Shown: in pieces, positions 63,321-64,000 of the stretch | How the letters are laid out: each line of letters starts with the position of its first letter | Numbering within the stretch: position 1 is the first letter of the stretch | Assembly (NCBI GenBank): GCA_028534125.1 | Contig: CM052817.1 | Coordinates: 106,580,001 to 106,644,000 of the forward strand | From: Lama glama | Taxonomy: Eukaryota | DNA length: 64,000 bases | Reading direction: 5' to 3' | Position numbers and translations under genes: made by a program | Notes under the pieces: generated by a model | What the model was told of the DNA's origin: nothing | The model's input: the letters and a program-made list of their open reading frames with translations, nothing else | Databases searched by the model: none

Positions 63321-64000
63321 CTATGTTCACAACAGCAACGTTAAAGAGAATGGCCATCTAAATATGAAAACGGCTGCAGACAAGAATTGTGAGTTATTAT
63401 TATAGATATAAACAGATTTACTGTTCAGTTGGTGAAAAAATATATAGATGCTAGATGTATAGACAGGTGTATACACGGACGGATGGTATAATGTGTGTTT
63501 ATACACACACACTACTTGCTATGTTCATTAGACTTTGCGTGGCGTCAACCCAGACACTTAACAATGACATAAAATTGATTCAAGGAAAAACTAAAGGGAG
63601 AGGAGAATTGTTTCAGTAATTTACTTACATTCTTACATTACTTTTCTCTAACGGTAACTTACTTTCCAGAATTAGTCAGTTACTTTGAGCATCCAGAGAT
63701 GTCTTACTTGGGTGGCCCAGTTCTGAGCTTATAAATATAGACCCTTCCTCCAAATGCCAAGGTGTCTTTGCTTCTTACTTGGCTCAAACTCATCAAGGAT
63801 TTATTTTTTAACAATTATAATTTTTAAAAATAACTTCACAATATCTGTCTTAACTTGTTTGGTTTCCTTCTATCTCGGTCATCAGTTTTTCTGTAAACTG
63901 CTCTTTTGTCTTGTGGCATTGTCGGTCTTGGTGACCTTTGGACTTAAACCTACCACAACTTGTATTCAGTGCTGTGTGCTACCCAAGGGCAGAGATCTGG

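Overview
AT-rich mammalian genomic DNA with a 500-N assembly gap (10585-11084). I could not support any intact protein-coding gene, so it is probably intergenic or a large intron. The tRNA-Ala-derived SINEs and the type of young L1 3' ends point to a camelid (alpaca/camel-like) genome; this is inferred from recalled repeat consensus, not from a database search. Much of the window is recognisable transposable-element debris: L1 (old and young), L2, MIR, MER3/MER33/MER58 DNA transposons, and MaLR/ERVL/ERV1 LTRs. The most notable items are: (1) a degraded minus-strand provirus interior (~23680-26450) with class III/ERVL-type pol followed directly by a gamma-type env remnant (C[W>*]VC motif); (2) a MER41-like LTR that looks L1-retroposed (ends in an A-run just after its AATAAA, lacks U5, 15-bp TSD) and carries overlapping GAS and NF-kB motifs; (3) a tiny L1 insertion with a 27-nt 3' transduction; (4) a 52-nt prematurely polyadenylated L1 micro-insertion; (5) possible + strand non-coding exons near a GC-box cluster, several palindromes and a good CTCF motif. 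Repeat family names and the boundaries of old elements are approximate.
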